64,000 nucleotides of DNA from the NCBI GenBank assembly GCA_051294375.1, contig CM119270.1, positions 7,008,053 to 7,072,052 of the forward strand, read 5' to 3'. The translations under genes were made by a program, and so were the position numbers. The stretch is from Paraspadella gotoi. Lineage: Eukaryota; Animalia; Chaetognatha. Shown piece by piece: positions 1 through 12,611 of this stretch (the first letter of the stretch is position 1; the number at the start of each line of letters is the position of its first letter). The notes beneath the pieces are model-generated. The model saw only the letters and a list, made by a program, of their open reading frames with translations. It was not told the origin of the DNA and made no database searches.

Positions 1-3000
1 CGATGTAGGTCTCCCCGGCGTCGTCCTCCTGATTGGGAGAGTAAATGATTGATTTGTTTACTGATTGGTTGAAGCAGTTTATAATTTGATTTGATCTGGT
101 TTGACGGAATGATTGAATGATTGATTGACTGATTGAATCAATCCCAATCTTTACCATCAACAACTCACCTGCGCCTCCCCCGAAGCGGCCATCATGGCCA
201 ACGTCTCCCTGTCCTCCATCTCCTCCGACGCCCGCGGAATGTTGGAGACGATCTCGTAGGTGACGCCCGTCGATGTCACGAAGTCGGCGCCTTTGCCGAC
301 GACGCGGATCGACTTGAGCCTGTCCATCATGCCCGGCTTGAAGACGTTGATGCAGAGGCGCTTGCGGAGGATCAACTCCATGGCGGCCGGATGAGACAGG
401 CGGACGACGCACTTGAGGATCAGGTAGATGCGCTCGTTGGTTTGCGTCAGGCGGTTGAGGTGGATGGAGTCGTGGACGGAGGAATCCCACGAGGCGACGC
501 AGCAGACGTCGCCGTCGCCGATGACGAGAGTCGGGATGGTGAACATCTTTCCTCCGTGTTCCTTGGGAAATAGTGGGACGGAGAGCGGATGTGAGAAAAG
601 TGAAATGATTGCTCAAAAAAAGAAGAAAAAAAAACTGTTTCCTTTACTACTAATTATGACATGAAAATACATGTGGAAATGTCTTATTTTTTTTATTTTT
701 GCACGGCAATTCCCTTCATAAAAATTTTATGAAAAAATACTAAAAATCAATAGTTTCGAGTTATTTTAAATTTTTAAATACTAAAAATACGGCCGTGACT
801 TCTTTATAGAAAACATCCAATAGCGATTTCGTTTTCGACTGATCGATTCAATGGCGCAAAATGAATGTTAGATTATTTGATCTCCTGACTTACAGATTTA
901 TTGATTGAAACAACAGTAAAAGCATAAACTTACTTTCGGTAATATGGAATTAATCCCGGCCGCGTTTCTTCCCTCTATCGGCAAATTCGTGCTCATATCC
1001 TCCGCGTTTAGATCCAAAAATATCACAGGAATGTGTTGCTCCATCCCGGCGGGCGGACGCCAGTCGGCCGGGGCGCCGGGAATGCCGCTTCCCGGCGCCG
1101 GAAGCAGAACGGCGTTCCTCTCCTCCGTCATGCCGATCCATTGATCGATGAGCGCCTTCTCTCTCTCCGTGTCCTGATCCGTCTTGTCCTTCTTATGCAT
1201 GAGACGCTTGATCTGCTCGTCCAGGTATGCCTTGCGCTTGTTGAGGGCATCCGACCATTTTTCCCTGAGGACGTTGAGATCCTCCTCCTGGTAAGAGTCG
1301 AGTCCCTTCTGGATCTTGGACCGCGGAGAGATGGAACCGACGGAGATGGAACCGATGGATTCGCAGATGATGGGCAGCGTCCCGCTGTTGGCCACCGGTT
1401 TGACGCTGACCTTGATGCGGCGGGAGTGGCCCTGCCGCAGCTGGTAAGTCCCTCCGGTGAGGACGTCGGCATTGTTCTGCGACACTTCCACCGGACAGTA
1501 GTCGCCCTGTTCGTTGAGTTCGAGGATTTCCGTCCAGAGTTCGACGCGGCGCTTGACTTCCGTCCACCTGTCGACCAGCGAATGGGACTTGGCCTCCAGG
1601 CTCTCCACCTGCCAGGCGTTCTGCCCGTGGGTGAAGCCCGTCGCCCGGTGGCCCCAGATTTCCACGGAGAGGGCCCCGCCTTCGAGGAGGTGTTCGAGGA
1701 ACTCTTCGGTGAGGCGGACCTGAGAGAAAGATTGACGTTACAATTACTATTTTATTAAGTAAATAATTAGAATAATTAACGAATTAATTAATAGTAACAA
1801 ACAAATAAATAAAAATAAATATAAATAGATAAATAAAAATAAATAAATATTTTTAATGAGTTCAAATTATTAATTTAACGAAAAAAATTAGACGTGAAAA
1901 AACCTTTTAAAAATAATTCTAAGTCTACCTTGAACTGACGGGCGTGATTGAAGGCGAAGGTGACGGAGTCCTTGCCCGCCGTGCTGCCCGCCATGTCGGG
2001 CGCCGCTACGATCGGCTGCGGATCTCCCCAAAACGCGTATTGACAGAAGACAAAGTTGGCCAGGGAAGGAGGCAGCCCCGTCGCCTCCTTGATGCTCAGT
2101 TGACACGTGACGAAGGCGCCGCCGCCGTCCTCGTCGACGGGAGGGTAGCAGTCGCGCCGGTCCAACTGCCCGTGGATCTTCTGGAGGACGACGTGGAGTC
2201 GGCCCGTTACCTCGCCGTGCTGGGAGATAATGGGAACCTGGTAGTCGAGCGGCGCCTCGTGGAAGAGCGCCTCCATGAAGACGTTGGCGACGCCTATGAG
2301 CTTGTGATTCTCCACGGACTCGTAAAAGGGGTCGCTGTCAGGATTGGGCTCTTCCTCCAGAGGATGGTGGACCTGTGGGCGGAGATGGGTTATGACAGAT
2401 GCGAATGGGTGTCTAGAAGAATTGCTCGATACGATATTAGAGACAGGCAACGGAACTGAGTAAGATTTTTGTTATTTTTATTATTCATAACAAAAACGAT
2501 ATTAACAGTTTAACTTACTGAGTCATTCATTTTTATATATACCGAAGAGCAGTATCAGAAAATAGCCAAGTAAGAAAATGAGCAAGTCAAAAAATACAAC
2601 ATTAATAAGCATAAAAAATATAATACTAAAATGTTTTCCCTCCGTAACACATCCCAGTAATTCAACACAAATTAACTTATACCGGACTGGCAAAACCTAA
2701 TAACAACTAAAAACAAAGAACAACGATAAAATGAGATGGAAAATCCGGTACTACAATATGCAAATGAGATTGATGAACTCAATCACTCCGTTAATCACCT
2801 CCTCTCCCAAATACATCTCCCGCATCTTGATGATCTTGTCCTCGAGTTTGTCACATGACCAGACTTGGTTCTCCTTGTTGCGCCGTTTGACGAGGATTGC
2901 CGGCTCGCTCAGTAGAACCCCGCGCTTGCGCGGGCTCAGGTTTTGGGCGGGGATTTGGAGGGTGACCTGAAGAAGTGGGGGTAGAGAAAAAGAGAGATGG

Positions 3001-6000
3001 AGACAATCAGACATTAAGAATAATTTTTCCAAAGAGAAGAAATTCAGACGAGCGAGAGAGAGAGAGTGAGAGAGAGAGAGATAAACACTTCAAAATGTAG
3101 GGAGATTATATAAAGTTTTACAAAGATCAAACATTTAGGTTTATACATGGTTACATTGATTAGTGATAAGCGACTGTTTTTAACAAAGCCATGATGAATT
3201 TAGATTAAATTCTATATACACGTATTTAATGTAGTTTATGCTCAAGATTGTACTCTATATTCAAATGAAAATTACCAACCAGATTTTTAAATTCGTTTCC
3301 AACTTATCCTCAAAAATTCGTAGTCAATAAGTAAATGTTTTGTAAAAAATCATTTATTTAGTTGAATAATCGACTTCTTTATTCACCTGGAACTGCACAT
3401 TTCTTCCCATCTCCAGCGCTAGAGAGTTGGCCTCCCTGACCAGGGCGTTGGCCTTGATGAGGTCCTCACGGAGGCGGGCCAGGCTCTGCTTGAACAGGGC
3501 GTCGCGGTGCTGGATGCCGGCGCCGTAGCGATTGTTGGCCGGCGACCAGCAGGTGTAGAGGTTATTGAAGTCGGCCACCCCGTGGAGAGACGACGACGGC
3601 GACAGAGATTGCGGACCCGAGGGTGACCCCAGACCCGGACCAACGTGTTGCAGCAGCAGCTCCATCTGCTTCTCGTACATCTGCCGCTGCTTCTCCAGCG
3701 CCTCCTGCTTGTCCTCTTCGTGCTGCCGCTCCAGCTGGGCCATGGCCTGCTGGATGGGATCGTTGCTCAGCTCCTTGAGCATGAGCTCTTGCTGGGCGTA
3801 CTCCCAGGCGGTCATCCGCTCCGGTTCGCGGGCGGAGGAGGAGGAGGAAGAAGAGGATGACGAAGAGGCGTCGCCGCCGAAGCCGCCGCCGCCGGAGAGG
3901 TTCTCGTTGAAGGAATTGCTCGCGCCGATTTTGGGGCAGTTGATGCGGAAGAAATGGTTGTTGCCCCAGAGGAGGCGGTCGCCGTGGCGGAGCAGGGTGC
4001 GCTCCTGGATCACGGAACCGTTGACGCAGGTTCGCGCCCCGTTGAGTGTCGTGCAGTAGACGGCGCCCTCGCGGACCTTGGGCAACGAAAAGGAATTACA
4101 TAGGGAAGTGGTTGAATTTTGAGTGGGTCAGGATTAAATATCTTTTACTGTCCTTTGAAGAGAAAGAGAGAGAGAGCGAGAGCGAGAGAAAGACAGAAAG
4201 AAAGTAAAAGAGAGAGAGGGAGATTTCTGAGGTTCTAGGTATTCAATAGACATCAAAAGCCAAAACCCTTACCTCCAGGATGGCGTGTTCGGGGACGATC
4301 CCGAGACCCGAGAGCTGGATGTCCTGCTCCACCGGTGCGTCGGGTCGTCCCACTTTGGTGAATTCCTTTAGGTAGTAGACGAGGAGCTCGTTTAACGAAG
4401 GATCCGCGTTCAGGTTGACCAGATAGTTTTTGTCGTTCTCAACCTAAGATAAATGAAGCGAATTTGAGGAATACATGAAAATAAAGCGAACAAGCAGGCA
4501 AGATCCACAATCCGAACAAAAACCCATCCTCCAACCACATTCATCTTTTCGAAACCCACTTTGATCCCCGATGTCTGCACTGAGATGCCCATCTTCTCCA
4601 GGGCTTGCTGTCGCTGCTCGTGTATCTTCTCCGTCTCCTGCAGCTTCTCCTCCCAAGTCTTGGTCATCTCTTTCATCAGCTTCTCGCTCTCCCGAAGCTG
4701 CTCGACCAGGTTGCCTCCTCCAGCGCCGCCGAGTTGGGATCTGAGAAGGAAGGAAGGAGGATGAAGATTTTTATTTTAAATTTTTTTGCCAAGAAAGTCT
4801 GTTTTAATAAAATGATGTAGTTATAACGTTTATTATTTTAAAACAAACAAAGTCCACCAATGTTTTTTGGTTCATTTTTATAATAGAGCCTCCAGACTCC
4901 CCACACATTCCCCACCTTTTGACACACCGACACCAACCTCAATATCTCCACTTCCTCCCTCAGCTCCCTGATGATCCTCGCGTTGGGATCTTCGTTGATG
5001 ACGGCGTGGTTGACGATCCGCTTGGCGCGGTCGGCGTAGCGCAGCGTCGACAGCGTCTCCTCGTAATTGTCGGCGGCGGGGGAGAGCGTCGCCACCATCA
5101 CAGTCCGCGAGTTCCCGCCCAAATTGTCTTTGAGGATCCAGGTGAGGACAGAGTCGCGGTAAGGGACGAACTTACCCTTGCCTGGACGGAGGAGAAGGGG
5201 GTTAGCAGAATGATAGAAGCGGGAATTAGTGTGGTTCGTCGGAAAGCGCTTTGAAGCAAATAGTCATTGTCAAATGTTCATTGCTCATTGTTCAACCGGC
5301 AACTTTGCTTTTTTTCTTATTTTTTTCCTTTTTTATTTACACTTTTTCCATCTAGTTCCGGCAACAACTTTTTCCCGGCGAACAACTAACCCTTTCCGGC
5401 CGCCTGATCGGCCAGTGACGAAATCACGAGTCCCAGCGTCGAGAGAGACTTGTTGATGTTGCTGCCTTCTCTGAGTCGGCTGCCCTCTGCGCCCGTCTTT
5501 TGCGCCCGCTCGCTGCCCGCCAAGTCCACGAGGGACATTTTGGAAACCTGGGGGGAGTTAATAAATTAGAAAGATATAATTTTTGAGGGTTTTTGTTTTA
5601 ATAACTAGTAATTTGATTAAATTTTTTTTTAAATGTTGATGTTCATTTGCATATCAGCTTTGTTTGTCGTCATTTTTTGTCTGCAATCTTACTTCATCTT
5701 AATAAATCTTAGTTCATTCCTCATATTATTAACGTTATTTTAGAGACGAAATATTAACATTTTAATAGTTGACAACAACGACAACGTTTTTACAGGAAAA
5801 CGGACTTGTTTCGATTTATTGTTAGCCTTCATTAGTCAAAACATGTCCTTTTTCATGTAAAAACACAAATGTTATTATTTCGTCTTTAAATCAAACGCAA
5901 CAAATTTCAAGAAATAGCGCGATGTCTCCTAACCTTTTTTTGAAAGAAAATACACCCTGCTAATAAAAATCGCTGTCATTTGCTTCCAATGAAATCTCGA

Positions 6001-7774
6001 TGTCAGTCAGTCAATGACTTTTTTTCGTATCTGGCCAGATTTCAGCGTTTCCAACCGCATTCTAAACTTGTCCCCAAAAAGAAGTTTTTTTTTTCAAAAT
6101 TTCGCCAGCTATTTACCAATTCAGAAGGTTGCCAGACTGACCGACCGATCTCCTGCATCCCACGACCTCACCCGTTTAACCTCACCTTTTCCCCGCTGAG
6201 TCCCGAAGGTCGGTCGAAGCGCGACTGAGTCAGGATGACGTTGAAGACGGCGTGCGACCGCGAACTCTCGCTGTTCATGTTGGTGGCGGCGACGGTGCGC
6301 TGCTTGTTCCCTTCGCTCATCAGAGAGTCGATGTCGTCGAAGGAAGAGACGGCGAGTTGGGAGAGGCCGTCCACGTAGGGACCCAGGATGTTGTGTTCGC
6401 GGACCTGATCGGGCGAGGTTGGGAAAATTTTATGCGGTAATGTCATTTTTTTGGTATCATGTTGTACAAATTGCGTAGTCGGGCAATTCATAAGTTCACC
6501 CCGCCTATAATCATGCTTATGTAACTAAAGATTTGTAATTTGTTACAGCAAAACAGCCGTCGCTATAAGTAAAACTAGTTTTAACTCATTGATGGTGAAT
6601 GATTGTAAGATTAGTAGTAGAAACCAAAGTAATACATATCCTAAATTTAAAACCTTTAATAACCAAAACCTTTTCCTTTTTTTTTCTCCAACTGTTAATA
6701 AGAGTTATTGATTGCAAATGATTGATTGATTTATTGAAAATGAAACAACGAAAATCTCGTCAATTTCTTTGCATCTTTCACCTCCACTACCGAGTCCCAA
6801 CTTCCTTGTACCTTGAGGTTCTGCTTGTTTCCCCGGGGGTCCAAGAGGTCGTGGACTTTCTCATTGTAAATCTCCATGTAGGAGACTTCGACTTTGCACT
6901 CGAGGTCTTCGCCTTCGTCGGTGTCGGCGATCCGCTCGAACATCCGGTCGCACAGCCTGGGAGGTTGGGAAGTGATCGATCTTAGTAGAGACAATGTTGA
7001 GGGATTCGTTTCGCGTCTCACAACTAATAAACTAAACTTGTTCCGTTTTTTACGACAATTTTTAATTGTTTAAATTTTAATTAATTAATTTTATTTAATT
7101 AACTGTTTTTTTCTCTCTATTTTATAATGTTTTTTTTTTTTGCTTAGACTTAGTCTATGTTTGTTTGTTTGTTTGTTTGTTGATGATGATTGTACTGAAT
7201 CAAACTCGTTGTATTCGAATAAAATCGCATAAATACAACAACAACAACAACAACAACATCAACAACAAGACGACCGCTGCCAAATCCACCTGGGAATGAT
7301 GCCTTTCTGCTCGTCGGTGCCCATCATGGAGTAGGACTTGCCCGAACCCGTCTGCCCGTAAGCGAAGATGCAGGCGTTGTAGCCTCCGAAGGCGTTGTCA
7401 AGGATGTCGACCCCGAGGGCGTTGAAGACGGTCTCCTGACTCGCGAAGTTGGCGTCGCCCGGCGACACGGACCAGAAGCAGTGGTCGAAGGCGAACGACT
7501 TTGGGTTTTTGCCGATGGAGGCGTTTTGCTGTTGCTGTTGTTGAGAAGAAGGATCTTGCTGTTGTTGCTGTTGCTGCCCGGCGAGTTCGTGGGGGTGATG
7601 GAGGACGATCTGTTCGTCGCCGTCGACGGCCAGGCAGACCTTGCAGCCCAGCGCCAACTCGCGTCGGTTGAGCGGACGAATGCGGACGGCCACCTTCACT
7701 TTGGCCGAGTCTTTGTCCGACGTCGCCGCCGCCGCCGACGACGCCACCGACGACGCCGCCGATGACGCCGCCAT
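1..7774 (-). CDS. KIF13: Kinesin-3 KIF13A/B-like motor (5' part; continues beyond position 1)
   Basis: Phase-consistent GT-AG exons: 7774-7290, 6956-6812, 6404-6186, 5547-5391, 5181-4938, 4740-4560, 4443-4273, 4076-3387, 2966-2799, 2372-1929, 1719-934, 561-169, 28-<1. Motifs: [11 protein letters not shown]-loop [10 protein letters not shown], switch [12 protein letters not shown], switch [25 protein letters not shown] region ([18 protein letters not shown]...[18 protein letters not shown]) and KIF13-type stalk ([33 protein letters not shown]). Confidence 0.95.
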
Positions 7775-7828
7775 CGCGGGCGGGCGGGGGCGCGGCAAGG
7801 AGGCTGGGGAGTGGGGTGGCGTCACTGT

Positions 7829-7830
<2 letters not shown>

Positions 7831-7902
<72 letters not shown>
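7831..7902. repeat. (GA)n/(TC)n microsatellite directly upstream of the KIF13 acceptor at 7825-7827
   Basis: About 36 uninterrupted GA units; the minus strand reads (TC)n-CCACAG|TGACGCC. Confidence 0.95.
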
Positions 7903-7905
<3 letters not shown>

Positions 7906-8289
7906 ACTATTTGACTGTTTGAAAAAGAATCTCGGGTCGCGATACCCTTTGCATCGGACAAAGAGTGAGACAGAGTCAGAGTCAGAGACTGATAAAAAAA
8001 AATTGACTGACGTTGAGATATCTCTTTTATCGAACGGAGACTCGAAGAGTCAGAGAGATAGAGAGGGAGAGAGAGACTAATAACATTATCGAATAAAAAA
8101 GTGGTTTTATATAAAAACCTAAAAAAACCGAAAGAGAACGAACACTATTTTTTTCCCGGTCGATTTAATCCGATGAAATTCTTCGAGTGTTTAAAAAAAT
8201 ATTTGAAAAAATAGTTCAAATGGGAAAAAAATAACTTTTTTTTACATCGAGAAAATTCAATAAATAAAAAAAAAACGAAACTAAGGCAA

Positions 8290-8358
8290 GGACTAATGGC
8301 TCAGTGGTTAAAACACGCGAATAACCACGAAGGATCTCGGGTTCAAATCCGTTGGTTA
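8290..8358 (+). mobile_element. Degenerate tRNA-like head (tRNA pseudogene or SINE 5' end)
   Basis: A-box TGGCTCAGTGG and B-box GGTTCAAATCC at tRNA-like spacing; weak acceptor stem (GACTAA/TTGGTT); no proper anticodon arm. Confidence 0.55.
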
Positions 8359-8850
8359 ATTATTTTGTGAAGGAATTAAAAAGATTCCCTCAGTGAACTA
8401 ACTTTCAAATATCATACAGTCTCTTTTCATAACGATTTCAAAAGAAACAAAAAAGAAAACGAACAAAATGTTTCTTTAAACGAGACAAGTCTAAGAAAAA
8501 TTATGAGTCATCCGCGCCGCCCACGAAGAGAAAAGAAAACGGGTCGGTCTGATTAAGACGAGGAACTGGCGAGAGCGACTATTTTGAAAACAACAAGAGG
8601 ATAACTTTCAAAAATTCGAAAATTTGTTTTGAATTTTTTTTGTTTTGTTTTCATTTTATACAACTTGAAAATAGCCGATCGTAAACGTTGAATGAATAGG
8701 ATACAAAATAAAATTACGTAAAAGAATAAAAGGAAAAAAGAAACGACGGCTGGAAGTAAAAATGTTTGCAATTCTGAGTAAAAATCTGTTTGCATTTCTC
8801 TTCCACTGAGAAACAACATCTAATCCAATCGGGAGAAAATTCTTTAAGGT

Positions 8851-9745
<895 letters not shown>

Positions 9746-10509
9746 GCCGCAGCAGCAGCGGTGCCATCCTCTTCAGCGGCCGCCTCTCCGCTGGATCGGT
9801 TTTGGAGAGGCGGCGCAGTAACACCGCTGCTTATCTCATAATAATGCGGCGAGTGGCGGCCTCTGTGCTAGAGAGAGCGAGAGCACCATGGTTTACCGAA
9901 ATTCTTTTTTTTTTTCTCTTTCGATTTAAGGAAAAGGAGGAAAGAATTCGAGGAGGATTTTTCACTTAAGTCTTCTCAAAAAATCGATCTAATCCGAACG
10001 TTTTTTTTTCCTGTCCAATCAAAGTCGTAGGTCCAATCAGCGATATCCAATCAAATGATGATCGACCATCTACGGTGATTTGATTGGCTCAGATAAAAAT
10101 AAATCTACCAATCACTAGTGGCGCAGAAAAATTATCACGTGACTACTGAATTCTATTAATGATGCAAATAATGTAATTAATCTTGAATATTGAATGATAA
10201 GAGCAAGCATAAATTTAGATTTCCAAAATTATATTGTTTGATAAAGTCATAAATTATTGTTTCCTGAAAAAAGTTTTATTTTAGAGAGGTTAAAGAATAA
10301 ATTGTTTCACCATCACATTTTTTTTCTTACCCCCTAAGAACGACACTATAGAGAGAAAGAAAGAGAGTTAGAGAGAGAAAGGGGGGAAAAGATAATAAAC
10401 TCTTTTCTCCATCGTCGTCGTCGCCATTCAAATTTAATTCCTTGATTTTTTCCTTTCGCTTTTTTTATTCTAAAACCAAACCCCCGGTTCTGAGGAAGAG
10501 TTACCAGCA

Positions 10510-10569
<60 letters not shown>

Positions 10570-11199
10570 TCTTCTCTCTTCTCTCTCTCATGTTCCTCCA
10601 TTAGGCTCCCAAAGAATTTTTTGCCTTACCAAAGAACGTCGGGCTCCCAACTTTGACTTCATTCTCTCTCTCTCTCTCTCTCTCTTTCTTTTTCTTTCAC
10701 GTGCGCTCTCTCGGCCGTGCATCCTGGCAACGCGTGTCATCCTGCATCAGCACAACATCCGCCCGGAGGCCCAGCGCACACGCGCGCAAGAGAGCGAGCG
10801 AGAGAGAGATAGAGAGCTAGAGAGAGAGGCTCACTAGACGGGGCGAGCGGCCAGGAGAGTCGACTTACATCTTCTAGAATTCCTCCTCCTCCTCCTCCTC
10901 CTCCACCGATGCCAGGATGATGATGATGATGACGAGAACGACGACGACGACGACGACGACGCCCAGTGCAACAGTAGCCAAACCATATTTCTATCCGTTT
11001 CGGTTCCACGGAGATTTTTTTTTATTTTGTTTACGGTCGCGGGGTTTTCGATCCCCGGTGTGAGGGTTCGATCCGGTACTGATTCCCCCGTACTTTGCCG
11101 ATTGGGTAACTCCATTTGGTTATTTTTTCCCCAATGGAATACGAAAACAGTCGAGAAATGTCGTTACCCTCAAATACAGCGATCATGAGCGTGACGGGA

Positions 11200-11400
11200 A
11201 CGCGCGGAAATGTCCGACCCGACTGACGTCTCTCGTTTTCCATGTTTCATCAATTTTTCTTTCTTTTTCTTTCCAGCGAATCTTTTTTTTCTCCTCTTCG
11301 AACTCGGTCCCTCCCCTTTAAAGTCCCGGAAGTGAAAAAAAACCTACGTTGACGCCCACCTTCGCCACGCCCGCCGTCACGTCGTAACTTACCCTACCCA
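11200..11400. promoter_or_regulatory. Candidate CpG-rich bidirectional promoter between KIF13 (-) and MTMR10-like (+)
   Basis: Head-to-head gene arrangement; ETS-type CCGGAAGTG at ~11326-11334 and CRE-like TGACGTC (~11224) and GTCACGTC (~11376). TSS cannot be determined from sequence. Confidence 0.4.
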
Positions 11401-12611
11401 CGTTTTCGTTTTTCGCGATTTAAAACTTTTAATTTGACCATTAATCTACTCCGTTTCTCTCTGTCTTTTGAAAAAAAAAATTCAAACCCTTTCCCTCGAT
11501 TCTCATCCTCGAACCGCGATCTCATAAATTCGAGTCGGGGCCGAGAATGTCTTCAGCGTCGCCTCCACGCTTCCAACGCTTCGTCCGTCGAAAGGACGAT
11601 CGAATTTCATCTTTCGTCGATCGATGATAAGAAAAGTCGTCGAAGGATGCGACGCGAGTGTCCGAGCGTGACACGGGTCCGCCTCGGCGTCACCGCGTAT
11701 TTGCGTTGAAACAAACGAATACAAATTTAACGAAGGAATACATTTAAAAAAATAAAAATACTTGAAAAACGGAGCAAATCAAGAGAACGGGCATGGATTA
11801 ATTCGTATCGCGTCTCGCCGCGCGAATTTACGCTTCCCCTCCCATCGTTTAAATCATTTCGAAGATTTTAACGGAGAATAATCCACTTTTCCCATTGATT
11901 TTTATTTTTGTTCCCAGTTTAATTTTTTTTTCTTCTAAATTTCAGTTCCCCTTTTTGTTTTTTTGTTTTGTTTTTTTCTTGTTCGATGGCGCCACACTTC
12001 ATTCCGATTTTATTTCTGCGAATCAACGAACGAGATCTCAATTCAACGAGGCCCAACGATTGACTAAAATAAAATAAAAAAATAATAAAACAAAAAACGA
12101 AAGTGAAAAAAAAAATCCGCAAAAACGAGCGTTTTAATTGCGCTTGCGCATTTCGTTCTTCTATCATTTCGTCGACGCCACGCCCTTCCCCATTGCTCCT
12201 CGGTGGTTTCGTTATGATGCGGCGCCGGTCTCGGCCCGGCGTCGACACGGACGTCGCCGCCGAGAGCACCGCCGCGCGGGGCCGTTGAACCGTAGGGAGA
12301 GGGCCGATTTCTCCCGGCGGCGGATCGGCGTCATGGACGACGGCGACGCCGGAAAATCCCGGCTTCCGCCCGTGGTCGCCGGAATCGCCGTCGTCGGGAA
12401 GGCCGCAATGAAATCGTCTTCCGTTTTTCGTTGTCGTTAGTTTCTTTTTTCCCTCCCTTCAATTTCCCTAATCCCCCTTCCCCCGCATCACCCGTCTCCA
12501 TTCGCACTCCGACACCCCATCGCTAAAGTCTCCCCCTCACCCTCTCTCGTCCGCGGGTCTTCGAAACCATTCGAACGCCCCCCGACGATCCTCTTCCCCC
12601 CGCTCCCTCAA

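Noticed and set aside
1033-2459. Long + strand ORFs opposite KIF13 (similar ones oppose MTMR10 and KMT2E)
   Set aside because: Antisense shadows of GC-rich coding exons with no independent motifs.
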